A program made the position numbers and the translations under genes. Of a stretch of 64,000 nucleotides of DNA, positions 45,573-57,049 are shown in pieces (the first letter of the stretch is position 1; each line of letters starts with the position of its first letter). The stretch covers positions 806,001 through 870,000 of the forward strand of contig OZ025782.1 of the NCBI GenBank assembly GCA_964019425.1, given 5' to 3'. The notes under the pieces were generated by a model. It was not told the origin of the DNA. It saw only the letters and a list, made by a program, of their open reading frames with translations, and searched no databases. Origin of the DNA: Flectonema sp. DT1601 (Eukaryota).

Positions 45573-47301
45573 TTGTAATCAATCTGTTGGTGATAATAAT
45601 CAGTCCTGTTGAGGCGGAGTAGTCGTAAAGCACCTCAACACTCGAAAGTTGATATATTGTGCTGTCCTTACATTAGGGAATACAAAACGATACAATTTAG
45701 CGAGACGCTCTTCAAAGTATTGCAAAATAGTAGTAGGCGCCAACCTAAGGCAGTACTTCCTTCTAATAAGTTGTGGTAATTATTACAATGAACCAAATCC
45801 TTTTAGCGCTGTCCCCCCCCCTCCGAAGCATATGAGGTTCTGCTTCAGCATTGTTACCTTCAGTAGTACAATAGTTTATTTTATTTTCTTAACTTATTGC
45901 TATCCCCCCATTACAATCCTCCGATAGGTTGGTGCCAATAGTTGGTATCCATTTCCGTTTGTTTTTCCAAAAAATATAGCGTCCTTCTGTCTTCCTTCTT
46001 TATAAAGATTTTATGTTCTACATAACTGGCTCTTTATGGGAAGGATGGTTATCCATAACCTAGACTTTCATAATAGCCTTTTTCATTACGCGAGATGATC
46101 ATTTTGTGTCACTACCTTATTAACAAACCTGATTAACGGATGTCGTGATCGTCGCTGCTCGCGATGAATTTTCGATCTACGAAATTCTAAAAGAGAAAAC
46201 GAATTTATATTGTGACTTGCTTTCTTCTTTTGAGGTTTCTTGTTCGAAGAAGACGTCCCCGAGGGGATTGGATTTATATGCTTTTTCTTATTCTCCTAAA
46301 AATTCCCATTTTTTCCTGCATCCCGTAACAAAGAATAAAGCTCTCTGCCTGGCCACTATATGTGGTGACTTGGTTTCGGATTTACTGACGATTAGTCGTC
46401 TCACCAGTTAGGGGGTTCAGTTTTAAGTGCTAAAGTGTGGTATAACTTACAATAGATCTTAACAAACAGTTTTTTCCGTTTGGGTAATAAAGCGGCCTAG
46501 CATCTGTGTAGTGCTGACCATCTCTTGACCTTGCAATTTGTTTTCTGAGAGTAAGATATGTGAAGTACTCAATAACTGATTGCTGTCAGAGCATTCAATA
46601 AATATCTTTCCTGACTTGCTGTCATTGGTATTTTAAATTGTCTTTGAGAACACGATACCTCAACCTGTTGTCGCACAGCTATTTGTGAAAGAACATCTTC
46701 TGGAAGTGTGGCGTTGAGGGGGATAAATAATGTTCCTACTTTACGGTACTTTCCTGAAGTACCACTTTCTTGATTGGTAGGTTGGTGTCCAAGTCAAGCA
46801 GAGGAATGGTTTTGTATGAGAGCCGTTGTTGGACAGAAAAAAACAATATAAATAAAGTAAAAGAAAAAGCCCTGTTTTCTTGGGGACTCTATAGTGTCCT
46901 TATTTATTCATTAGCGTTGCTCGTGGTTCCACCTGCTGAGGTGTAAAGAGAGAATTTCAAAGAATGAAAAAAAGATACCCTCAGCAGCAGATTTCCTTTT
47001 TTTCCACGACTGCCGAACACACTCTCTCCCCTTGGCGCTTTCACTCGCGGAAATAATGGACCCCTCGAACTTTTCCCCACCGCCCCTCCTTCCTTTTTCA
47101 GCACCAAAACATTTGAATAACAACAAAAGGAACAGAAATGAGAGATTGTTGTTTCGGGTTTATTGTTTTGTTTATCTTATTTATTCTTTACAGGTCGCAC
47201 CATATAAATATCCTGACACAAGTTTATACATCAGAGTTCTTATTTGAGACCAGTCGATAGCTCTCGAGTGTTGATATTTTTATTACTCAAATAAAGAGAA
47301 A

Positions 47302-48468
47302 ATGTTATTTTGGGAATCAGACAGCGATGCATCTGACGGAGGCGGGTGGGACGAAGCGAGTGATTTGGTCGTAAGCGACTCCGAGTACGAAGACACGAGA
47401 GCGAATATCAAACGAGTAAAGCCAAACAGAGAAACTGACAGCGAGCCATTAGACAAGACAACTGGAACTACAATATTAGATAACATTATTAAATTACTTC
47501 CAAAGGGTGTCTTGCAACCTTTAGCTGGAGAACATCCAGTCTTTGGAGTCGCACTGGAAGATGTCCTTCCTGAGTATATTACTTTCTCTGAACTTCGATC
47601 AAAAGTTGATCTCGACTTGTTGTCTTCAACAGCAGAGTTTGAATCAGAAATCACGAAGGCATTATTCAACGCGTGCGTAGCAGACAAGACTGTCTCAACT
47701 GTTTTTCCAGATCTTTATAAATTATTTTGTTCGATACCAAAATATACCCCGACAGTGTTGCTCTCTAGATTCTCATCTAACGAGGCGGCATCAAATATTA
47801 AGAATTTACATACGACGGCATACAAACGGATTCTGGACAAGTTCTCTCTACTTGATAATGAAAACCTGTTTACTGAAAACAGAAGTATTGAATCTGACTT
47901 GCCGGGTCCCAAATCAATTTCTGACATGAGGAAGAGTATCGATGACGGATGTTATAAAACTGATCTGGACTTTGAAATTGATCTCAGATGGCTGTACTGC
48001 AGAGAACTAATTAAATCAGGTGACGATTGGGAGACAGCCAGGAGATTATTAACATTAGTAACTCGATGTTGTGAAGAAGGAGGTATTCATACTTTTTATA
48101 ATAAATTAATTCCATTTCAACAACGAATCGAATTCCCTGACCACTCTGTAGCTGAACAACTAGTATTAGGAATCCAAAGCTCATCTCTTTTATCCAACTG
48201 TGGAATGGGGTTTGATCATCCTGTTGAGAATGTTGATTCTTATCGAAGTATTGTTAAGCATCCGATTGACTTTTCAACGATTAAAATAAAATTTGAACTC
48301 AACATGTATTCATCTATCAAGTCAATTGTAGATGATATTAATTTAATGTTTTCAAATAAGAAATTATACTCATCGATGACGACTCCAGAAGATGAGATCC
48401 CAGAAGTGGTCGTCTTTCTTGAAGATGAAGTGAGAGGATTAATGAAGGGACTCGGTATTACAAAGTAG
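47302..48468 (+). CDS. Bromodomain-containing protein (divergent)
   Basis: C-terminal FDHPVENVDSYRSIVKHPIDFSTIKIKFELNMYSSIKSIVDDINLMFSN matches the bromodomain ZA loop and helices A/B; acidic N-terminus. Confidence 0.75.
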   Translation: MLFWESDSDASDGGGWDEASDLVVSDSEYEDTRANIKRVKPNRETDSEPLDKTTGTTILDNIIKLLPKGVLQPLAGEHPVFGVALEDVLPEYITFSELRSKVDLDLLSSTAEFESEITKALFNACVADKTVSTVFPDLYKLFCSIPKYTPTVLLSRFSSNEAASNIKNLHTTAYKRILDKFSLLDNENLFTENRSIESDLPGPKSISDMRKSIDDGCYKTDLDFEIDLRWLYCRELIKSGDDWETARRLLTLVTRCCEEGGIHTFYNKLIPFQQRIEFPDHSVAEQLVLGIQSSSLLSNCGMGFDHPVENVDSYRSIVKHPIDFSTIKIKFELNMYSSIKSIVDDINLMFSNKKLYSSMTTPEDEIPEVVVFLEDEVRGLMKGLGITK

Positions 48469-48705
48469 TCAACCAACAGCGTCTGTATTTTAGTTATTAA
48501 TATCAAAGTACTGAAATCACTTTCTCATGTGAGTATTAACTCGTATAACGTGTTCTTCACAACAAACATGTTTACCCAACTGTGGTAGTGAAAAGTGTAC
48601 TATTCTATACTTCTGTTTTTTAATTTTAGTAATTTGACTACATCAAAAAATAAATTAATTCTCTTTTTCTTATTTTTAAAAAAGACTTCCAACAACACAA
48701 TCACA

Positions 48706-50478
48706 ATGTCGGAGGTGAGCACCTGGTTGAATGAATTGAAGCATTGGCTTCTGAAATTATATTTTCAAATGATCATTTATATATTTTATCGGGAAGTTGA
48801 CGTAATCGGAGAAGAGAATATTCCCCAGGACAGACCAATTATATTTTGTGGAAACCATCAAAATCAATTCGTTGATGCTTTAATGCTGTACACTTCAGCA
48901 CCAAGAAAAGTCGGCTTCATCATCGCAGCGAAGTCTATGAAGAGACAGATTGTCGGGAGCTTTGCTCGATTCTTGGAAGCAATTCCTGTTGTTCGTCCAC
49001 AAGATGAGGCTCGGAGAGGAACTGGTTTTATAATTAAAATAACATCAGAAATAATTATCGGAAGCTCAACATCCTTCACTAAGGACGTCAAAGAAGGAGA
49101 GTTAATCTCTGCGACACCAGTCAGTGAAAAGACTGCGATGGTTGTAAAAGTTGTTAAGATCGAATCCGACACTCAACTTAAAATAATGTCAATTACTCCA
49201 GTTGATTGGAACGGGGAAGCCACCTTCAAAGTATTACCAAAAATAGATCACGATGTAATGTACAGAGCTGTGTACTCAAGACTTGAAACTGGGGGTAGTA
49301 TTGGAATATTTCCTGAGGGTGGGTCTCATGATCAGACGTCACTCTTACCGATGAAGGACGGTGTAGCGAAGTTTGCACTCGGAGCTAAAGCAGCAGGAAT
49401 CAATCCTGTGATAATCCCAGTTGGATTAACATATTATTATGGTCATAGATTCAGATCAAGAGCACACGTTGAATTCGGAAAACCGATATCTGTTGATGAT
49501 ATTTTATTAGAAAGGACTCCAAAAGAAGCGACAAGCGAACTTCTTCACGTCGTCGAGAACGGAATGAGAAATGTAACAATAAATGCACCAGACTGGAAGA
49601 CTCTAAAATACATTCATCACATTCGTAGACTTTATCAACCAGGAAGAATAAAACTACCCGTCTCTGAGGTGTTGGAACTCACCAGACAATTCGCTGCTTT
49701 CTTTGATGAGTTCAAAGATGAGAAGTTGTTGAAAGAACTGTGCGATCAGTTAGATGTTTATCAAATCTTATTAAAAGAGTATTTGATAACAGACGCTCAG
49801 GTTGAGTCGTTAGACACTTTAGAAACCAGAACAAGACACGATTTGTTATTTCAAAGAATGCTTTCAACTGCGATGTGTTTTATTATTGCTATCCCTGGAT
49901 GTGTTATATCACTTCCTGTTGGGATTACTGCTCGTATCTATTCAACTATTAGAGCAACTCAAGATTTGAAAGCATCTTCAGTAAAACTACGTGGGAACGA
50001 CGTCATTGCTTCTCACAAGATTATATCATCGATGGTTGTGGCTCCGATTCTTATTCTATTCTATGCGACTATGATGGTGAGCATTTATGGTTTTCGTTAT
50101 GCTGTAGTGACGACCATGTTGTTACCACCTCTATCTTTTATGAGTGTTTGCAGTGTGTATAAAGCTATGCTTGGGGCGAGATCAACATTTCCATTACTGC
50201 TATCGTTGCATTCTCCAACGTACTTTTCAATATTTCGTGAGCTTTACAGTTTAAGGAAATCACTAACTAGCCATGTGATGTTGGTCGTTGAAACTCATTT
50301 TAGAAATTCAACGAACTGGTCTGATAGTTGTGAGGGACTTTATCAACGAATTCTTGTTGATAAGAAAGCACCACACTCTAGTTTAACACAGTCAGATCCA
50401 TTTACTGCGGTACACACTTCTCGTTTGACAAAACGAAGGACTCTCGTACCCAAAGTTATGTCGAACGAAAGTTTTTAA
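48706..50478 (+). CDS. Glycerol-3-phosphate/DHAP O-acyltransferase, SCT1/GPT2-type
   Basis: ATG at 48706; HxxxxD motif NHQNQFVD, IPVVRPQD, GIFPEGGSHD, PVGLTY..HRFRS, VTINAPDW, ASSVKLRGNDVIASHK; C-terminal TM helices. Confidence 0.9.
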   Translation: MSEVSTWLNELKHWLLKLYFQMIIYIFYREVDVIGEENIPQDRPIIFCGNHQNQFVDALMLYTSAPRKVGFIIAAKSMKRQIVGSFARFLEAIPVVRPQDEARRGTGFIIKITSEIIIGSSTSFTKDVKEGELISATPVSEKTAMVVKVVKIESDTQLKIMSITPVDWNGEATFKVLPKIDHDVMYRAVYSRLETGGSIGIFPEGGSHDQTSLLPMKDGVAKFALGAKAAGINPVIIPVGLTYYYGHRFRSRAHVEFGKPISVDDILLERTPKEATSELLHVVENGMRNVTINAPDWKTLKYIHHIRRLYQPGRIKLPVSEVLELTRQFAAFFDEFKDEKLLKELCDQLDVYQILLKEYLITDAQVESLDTLETRTRHDLLFQRMLSTAMCFIIAIPGCVISLPVGITARIYSTIRATQDLKASSVKLRGNDVIASHKIISSMVVAPILILFYATMMVSIYGFRYAVVTTMLLPPLSFMSVCSVYKAMLGARSTFPLLLSLHSPTYFSIFRELYSLRKSLTSHVMLVVETHFRNSTNWSDSCEGLYQRILVDKKAPHSSLTQSDPFTAVHTSRLTKRRTLVPKVMSNESF

Positions 50479-52033
50479 ACGAACGACGTGGTTCGTCTTA
50501 CACAAAAAAGATGATTTGAAAAGGTCTTTGAGAGTTTTATGAAAAACCCTGTTTTGATTTTTTATTTTTTTTATTTTTAAACTCTCATGAGACAATTCTC
50601 TAATCTACTCTTGCCTTACTATTGTAAACCTCCCCAAGTCTTGTGCGGGAGATTAATAGTACGGCAATGGTCAACTCCCCCTTTTTACTTTTTGTATTTT
50701 ATTTTGGGTCAACTAATTAGGTTAGAAATTGAACATATTTCATCGGTCGTTTATTTCAGTGTAAGTGAAATCATTCTAACTTTGATATTTTAGCAAAGAT
50801 ACTTTTAAAGGGATAAGTGTGATGTAGTGAAAGAAACAATTTACTTCAACACTTTTTCCCTTTGGCAGGCCGCTGATGCCGCTGCATTCCCGTTGCTCTC
50901 TTCGTTGAAGAGGGTCGGGTGGGCTGAAAGAAATATTTAAACAATTTATTTGTTCTTCTAATGGAAAACTAAAAAAGAGAGGAAAAGTATTCCATCGGAT
51001 AACCTGTTGGAGTAGCTTAGCGTCCTCTAAAATATTATTATTCAGACAATGTCTTATTTTAGATTTTAATTTTTCGCTCGTACAAAACTACTATTTACTT
51101 TGCAGTCCGATATTTCAGAGACCCTCATCTGCACAGTTTCTACTTTTCGACACATTATCCCCCCGCCCGTTGTTATTATTTTTCCTTTACTCTTTTTTAG
51201 CTTAGAAAAAAAAAAAAAAAAAAATGAAAAAAAAAAAATAATAACTTTTAAGTCAAATTAGCAGTTAAATATACACGTTGTGGAGTCAGTTTACTGCTGT
51301 CGGTATTTGATGGTCTGCTGACCATCAAATTTTGAAATATTTTATATCAAAAGTAGTGTCGTGTTGTTAGCATTCCTCACAACCTCACAACAGGCATCAG
51401 AGTCAACTCAGGTTGGATTTCTATAAAGTTAAGTAAAGATTGGTTTTGATAGAACAACATGCTGTCGAGTTGTTCATTGCCAAGAGCAGGTAGTAACCTT
51501 TCTATCTGTCTTGTTCTTGTATGCTGTTAATCTGTTTGTGTGCTACTCAGATGACTATTAGGATGGATGTTATCCGACGGTATTATTCTTTTTATGATCC
51601 AACAACAACAACAACAATAACAATGTTACTAAGTTGGTATTCTTTCAACGATCTTTTCGTGAGGAGTTACAATCAGTGAAACTGATTAGAAATAAAAATT
51701 AATATTATCCGCTACTGCGGATTTAGACTTCATTTTTTTTCGTATCTTTTTTGCTTCTTTTTTTTCTTCTTTTTGTCTACGTTCTCCTAGTTGGCGATGT
51801 GTCCAATGGAGGGAAGCGAATTATTTCTGTTGCTGTTGTGAAAGAAAAACATGGTTTACGAAAGAAATCCCTTCACGTACTTCAATGTTTCCTTCAGAAC
51901 ACACAACACACACATGCTATTGAAGACATGTTTCAAAAGGTTTTGCTGTTGCAGTGTATCTAAATAACTGTATTCCTTTGGTAGTAACATATTTATTTTT
52001 ACACAGGATGAGTTGTGTTATTTCACAGCGGAT

Positions 52034-54541
52034 ATGCCGCGAAAAGAGGGATTTGCAGCACACGAGGACCACCTTAGGAAGCTGCGAGAAAGGATAAATG
52101 CAAGAGGTGCGTGGAGGAAGAATACTGAAGCGACTTCTCCAGAATACTCGCAGCAGTCTCAGGAAGTATCGCACGGAAGAAAATTACGATCAACTCATAG
52201 CGCGCATTCAACAAGTCCGATGAACACTTCTCCTCCAGCACAGCAGCTGCAGCGACGCGTTTCATCGAAACCTCGCGTTCCTGAAGCAGAGCATCGAATC
52301 GCTGACTTGAAACGTGACCTCTCTGAAGCAATCGATCTCCTCGAAGAGAAAGACAAACAGTTGATAAGTAAAGATGAGGAGTTGGGATGTATTGAAGAAG
52401 AAATAAAAGACGTCGTACGAAAAGCTGAGCGAGAAGTTGACAAACTATCTCAGAAACTATCCGAAGTTCGGGAGGAAGCCAAGACTGCGATGAAAGTGAG
52501 AGAATCACATCATGAGAAGGAGAAGGAAGAAATGTTAATTATTTTTAATAAACTACAAGACGAGCTTGAGGCAGCAACAAACAACAGTCACATGACAAGC
52601 AACGCGCTGGAGATAAAAAGAGAACAACTACGAGAGTCCCGTTGGAAGTACAGCCTTGAAGGTAATGAAGAACTCGAATCACTCGTAAGACGACTTGAGT
52701 ATCAGGAACTACAACTCAATGAAGCAAATAATAATATCAGAGATGAGAAACATCATTCTGAAGTTCTCTCTCACAAACTCCAACAAACAGAAACCAAACT
52801 GATGTCTGTCTCTGAAGAGTTTTCTCTTCTAAAAGAAGAACATCACCTTGCCATGAAATCTCATGCGAGTATCGTTCATTCACTTCAGGCGGCATCTCTT
52901 ACTTCGAGAGGCGACGTTAAGGCGGAAGCGCAAAAGTCTGCGAAACTCAAAAAACACATCAAAGAATATACACAACGAGAAGGAAAACTACAAATTACAA
53001 TAAAAGAATTAACTGATGAGGTAGCCTTTGCTAGTTCAGCGAAAGAGTACTCAGATAAAGCTGTCCACCTAATGAAGTCTGAAGTTCAATCACTTCAGGG
53101 AATTATTCTTAAAATGGAAGAACAATACCACGAAGTTGAATCAAAAAAGCTCCGACTTCAATCAGCAGAAGCTGAAGTTGAAGAAGCCAGAGTTCAAACT
53201 AATATCGCAGCAGCTGCTGAGGCAGAGATGAAGCGACGACTGGAATCGAGTATTATAGAAAATAAAGAAATAATTAGTGAAAACAGAGAAATCTTATCAT
53301 CTCTTGAAGACTCTTCAAAGAAGGTTGATGAACTACTCCCACTGTCAGCTGAATTGAGATCCGCAAAGACGGAAATATTTCGAAGGTTTCCATCAACTGG
53401 AGAGCTGTCACAATATCGCGAGATACCTCTCAAGGAATTCATTTCAATCGCATCCACTGCAATCAAAGAGAAGGAAAGTTTACTGTCAGCTCTCGAAGAA
53501 CTGAAAGCTGAACACATCGCTATCTCCGCTTCACTGAGTGATTTTACTCACGTGACAACCGAATCTAAAGGAGAAGTAGAAAGTATTAAAGCAGAACTAG
53601 CAAAGGAAAGAGAAGCACACGACATGTTAAAACACGACGTGGCAAACACTCAGTCGATGATTTCGGAATACGAAAAGAAGGTGCACCAATTGGGTGTCAT
53701 GGCTACCGAAGATCGCAAACAAAGAGAGCTCTGCGAAGCTTCACTCGAGAAATCGACAATCAGCTGTCATAAGCTGAAACTCGAACTCAAGGAGACCAGC
53801 GAACGCTGTGAAGCAAAAATTCACGACTTGGAAGTAAGTAGGAAGCTCGCGTTATCAAAAGCCGGATCAATGCGAGAAGAGGAACGCCAATCATTTCAAA
53901 ATGCGCTCTTTGACTTGAAGGCCACGAGAGAACGAAACAGACTTCAGTCGGGGGTTATTGAAAAACTCGAATCAGACTTAACTCGTCTGCGACGTCTGGT
54001 AGTTGACACGATTCAAGAGTCCTCCCTTCAGGAAGCTAATTACATAAAACTTCAAGAAATGGTCGACAACTTGAAATCTACGAATGCAACTTACGACTCA
54101 GACTTAGAGAGGGAATTAAAAGGATTACAATCACAATACCTGCAGGCTATCAATGAGAATAGAGATCTTCGTATTGCCGCATCAAAGTCTTCTGAAAAGC
54201 TAACGAGATTAGATCAAAGGCAGCCTACTGTTGATCAACATGAGTACAATCGAATTCAATCTGTACTCGAGTTTTATGAATCCAACGAGAAAGAAGTTCA
54301 AAAACAAATCGACATACTCATCACTCAAAAACAGATGGCCGACGCTGAACTGGAGGCCTCAGGCGGTCAAATCCAATCACTCAGAAAGCAGTTCGCGGAA
54401 CTCCGCGAGTCGCGAAATTCCGCGCAGGATGAGAACTCATCGCTGACAACACAGCTGTGCCTCGCTCGACAGCAGTCACAAGAGCAGCAGCGTTTGCTGA
54501 TGGATGAAATAAATGTTTTGAGAATGTCACTTGAAAGCTAA
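52034..54541 (+). CDS. Long coiled-coil protein of unknown function
   Basis: ATG at 52034 after tttcacag; ~835 aa, E/K/L-rich heptads after a disordered N-terminus. Confidence 0.75.
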   Translation: MPRKEGFAAHEDHLRKLRERINARGAWRKNTEATSPEYSQQSQEVSHGRKLRSTHSAHSTSPMNTSPPAQQLQRRVSSKPRVPEAEHRIADLKRDLSEAIDLLEEKDKQLISKDEELGCIEEEIKDVVRKAEREVDKLSQKLSEVREEAKTAMKVRESHHEKEKEEMLIIFNKLQDELEAATNNSHMTSNALEIKREQLRESRWKYSLEGNEELESLVRRLEYQELQLNEANNNIRDEKHHSEVLSHKLQQTETKLMSVSEEFSLLKEEHHLAMKSHASIVHSLQAASLTSRGDVKAEAQKSAKLKKHIKEYTQREGKLQITIKELTDEVAFASSAKEYSDKAVHLMKSEVQSLQGIILKMEEQYHEVESKKLRLQSAEAEVEEARVQTNIAAAAEAEMKRRLESSIIENKEIISENREILSSLEDSSKKVDELLPLSAELRSAKTEIFRRFPSTGELSQYREIPLKEFISIASTAIKEKESLLSALEELKAEHIAISASLSDFTHVTTESKGEVESIKAELAKEREAHDMLKHDVANTQSMISEYEKKVHQLGVMATEDRKQRELCEASLEKSTISCHKLKLELKETSERCEAKIHDLEVSRKLALSKAGSMREEERQSFQNALFDLKATRERNRLQSGVIEKLESDLTRLRRLVVDTIQESSLQEANYIKLQEMVDNLKSTNATYDSDLERELKGLQSQYLQAINENRDLRIAASKSSEKLTRLDQRQPTVDQHEYNRIQSVLEFYESNEKEVQKQIDILITQKQMADAELEASGGQIQSLRKQFAELRESRNSAQDENSSLTTQLCLARQQSQEQQRLLMDEINVLRMSLES

Positions 54542-54900
54542 CAAGAAGTGGAGCTGTTCTGACGTCGTTCTGCTCTGTTTCAATCTGATCAGATGGTTTA
54601 TTATTGTTCAGTTAATTTGCGTTCACTAAATTGTTATTAGTTCCTTCCTTAGAGTTATTTTCGATTCGAATTTCCACCACAAGTACAATCCTAGATGTTC
54701 TTGATTAGAACAAATGTGTAACAGTAATTTCAGTTGTACTTTGTAAATATAATTTAGTGTTGAGACCTTCATTAGTAATAATTTATTCCACCAGCACGTA
54801 TTGTATGGCATCACAGTAAGTATTACTTTAGTTGCTGTGTAAAGGACGAGGATTAAAAGTTATCTCCCCGCACAGTTTCGAAGCTCCTCTCACCTCTAAA

Positions 54901-55179
54901 ATGAAGTACGTCGCTGCATTCTTGATGGCCAAGTTGTCGAAGGAGACCCCAACCGCTGCTGATTTGAAGACCATTCTGTCATCAGTTGACTGCAAGGTCG
55001 ATGACGCTCGTTTGAAGGAGTTCATGGCCGAGGTGGAAGGTAAGGACATCACCGAATTGATTGCTGAGGGAAGCAAGAAGATGGCAACCGTTGGAGGAGG
55101 AGGTGGATCCAAGGCCGCCCCAGCCGCCGGTGATGCCGCGGGTAACGCTGGAGGTAGCGCTGCCCCAGCCAAGGAGGCC
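54901..55179 (+). CDS. RPLP2: 60S acidic ribosomal protein P2, copy 1 (3' end lost in assembly gap)
   Basis: MKYVAAFLMAKL..PTAADLKTILSSV..GKDITELIAEG; appears identical to the copy at 55939; interrupted by Ns at 55180. Confidence 0.9.
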
Positions 55180-55379
55180 NNNNNNNNNNNNNNNNNNNNN
55201 NNNNNNNNNNNNNNNNNNNNNNNNNNNNNNNNNNNNNNNNNNNNNNNNNNNNNNNNNNNNNNNNNNNNNNNNNNNNNNNNNNNNNNNNNNNNNNNNNNNN
55301 NNNNNNNNNNNNNNNNNNNNNNNNNNNNNNNNNNNNNNNNNNNNNNNNNNNNNNNNNNNNNNNNNNNNNNNNNNNNNNN
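55180..55379. other. Assembly gap (200 N)
   Basis: Run of N characters. Confidence 1.
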
Positions 55380-55482
55380 CGGTGATGCCGCAGGTAACGC
55401 TGGAGGTAACGCTGCCCCAGCCAAGGAGGCCGTCAAGGAGGAATCTGAGGACGGTGACATGGGATTCGGTCTCTTCGACTAA
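55380..55482 (+). CDS. RPLP2: 3' end of an additional RPLP2 copy or allele
   Basis: GDAAGNAGGNAAPAKEAVKEESEDGDMGFGLFD*; repeats sequence already seen before the gap with two differences (gca/gcg, aac/agc). Confidence 0.8.
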
Positions 55483-55938
55483 GAACCTTAGCCTCAGCGT
55501 TTTATCTCAGTTTTGACCGTTGTTTCACCGTACTCATTACCGCTCGATGAAAGAGAATCAGCACATAAAAAAATTTCAAAAAAAAAAAAAAAAAGTTAAA
55601 AAACAAAAAAAAAAGCATCTTAAAAAAAAAGTAAATAAAGTCACTTTTGACAAACTTTGCAATGCTCACTGTTAACAAGACAAACATCTCGGTGGCAGTA
55701 ACCAAGATTGACTTTATCGTGTTAGTTTAAGTGATATTGTCACTGTTACAGCAATCAAGAGATATTTCAACTGATGTCCTGTTAGGTACTTTATTTCTTT
55801 TCTAATCACAGGAAGAGTACCTGAGTAATGACTAAATCTGTAGGTTAGCAGTCAACTCCTTCATCAGGTTAGTAGTGCGATAACTGTTTTAATTATTTCT
55901 TCTTAACAGCATTTTGTTATCTTCCCCACCCCACAACA

Positions 55939-56268
55939 ATGAAGTACGTCGCTGCATTCTTGATGGCCAAGTTGTCGAAGGAGACCCCAACCGCTGCTGA
56001 TTTGAAGACCATTCTGTCATCAGTTGACTGCAAGGTCGATGACGCTCGTTTGAAGGAGTTCATGGCCGAGGTGGAAGGTAAGGACATCACCGAATTGATT
56101 GCTGAGGGAAGCAAGAAGATGGCAACCGTTGGAGGAGGAGGTGGATCCAAGGCCGCCCCAGCCGCCGGTGATGCCGCGGGTAACGCTGGAGGTAGCGCTG
56201 CCCCAGCCAAGGAGGCCGTCAAGGAGGAATCTGAGGACGGTGACATGGGATTCGGTCTCTTCGACTAA
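55939..56268 (+). CDS. RPLP2: 60S acidic ribosomal protein P2, complete copy
   Basis: 109 aa, Ala/Gly hinge, acidic tail ending DMGFGLFD. Confidence 0.96.
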   Translation: MKYVAAFLMAKLSKETPTAADLKTILSSVDCKVDDARLKEFMAEVEGKDITELIAEGSKKMATVGGGGGSKAAPAAGDAAGNAGGSAAPAKEAVKEESEDGDMGFGLFD

Positions 56269-56599
56269 GAAGCGTCGCCTTCAAACTCCAATCAAGTGAA
56301 AAACAAACTGATCGCTTCAGAACTTTAAAAACAAAAAAGAACAACCAGAGTTTAGCTCAACACCCATTATCTCCGTTTATTGATTCTATAAAGAAGGCGT
56401 CTGTGCGCGACATCAGTTGCGGCGCGACAAAAAGAATGGATTGCCAATATCTGTCCAAAGTGTGTTCATTTCTTTCTTTCTTTTCTTAGTTTCAGTTTGG
56501 GTTGTGCCAGTGTCTGTAGCAATCAGGAAAAGGTTTGAAGGGAAGTACTTTTTGATATCAAAATAATTTTTTAAAGGAAAAACTCTCAACAACACAACA

Positions 56600-57049
56600 A
56601 TGGCACGTGGAGGAAGAGGATCATCGAGAAGCTCGGCACCACCTCCAAGGGCGGCTGCACCTCCTGCGCAACAGCAGCACCATGCCCCACCTCCAGTTCA
56701 GCAGAGTGGAGGAATGGGTTCAGGACTTGGAGGGGCTCTTGCACAGGGCGCTGCTATTGGAGCAGGTGCTGCCGCAGGAAGAATGGCTATTGAAGGAATG
56801 ATGGGTGGAGGAGGAGGAGGAGGTCACCAACAGCAGGGCTATGACCAGCAGCAGCAGTACGGCCAACAGATGTACGAGGAGCCAGCAGGAACCAACTGGT
56901 TCATGTGGGGGGGTGTTGCCGCAGCCGCAGCTGGTGGCGCGTACCTCCTTACCCGCCCAAGTACTGCTAAGGCCGCTGTTCTCCCATTCCTTGCTTACCC
57001 GGCATCAAAGAAGCAGAACCCAAACTTCAGAAGATCTGCTGAGGAATAA
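56600..57049 (+). CDS. Gly/Gln-rich protein resembling the N-terminal half of CHCHD2/CHCHD10/Mix17
   Basis: Arg/Ser-rich start, Pro/Ala linker, GLGGALAQGAAIGAGAAAGRMAIEGMMGGG helix; no Cys; second hydrophobic segment WFMWGGVAAAAAGGAYLL. Confidence 0.6.
   Translation: MARGGRGSSRSSAPPPRAAAPPAQQQHHAPPPVQQSGGMGSGLGGALAQGAAIGAGAAAGRMAIEGMMGGGGGGGHQQQGYDQQQQYGQQMYEEPAGTNWFMWGGVAAAAAGGAYLLTRPSTAKAAVLPFLAYPASKKQNPNFRRSAEE

Noticed and set aside
51133..51147. acagtttctactttt resembling the euglenozoan spliced-leader core
   Set aside because: Short gapped match with no rest of the leader, donor site or Sm site.
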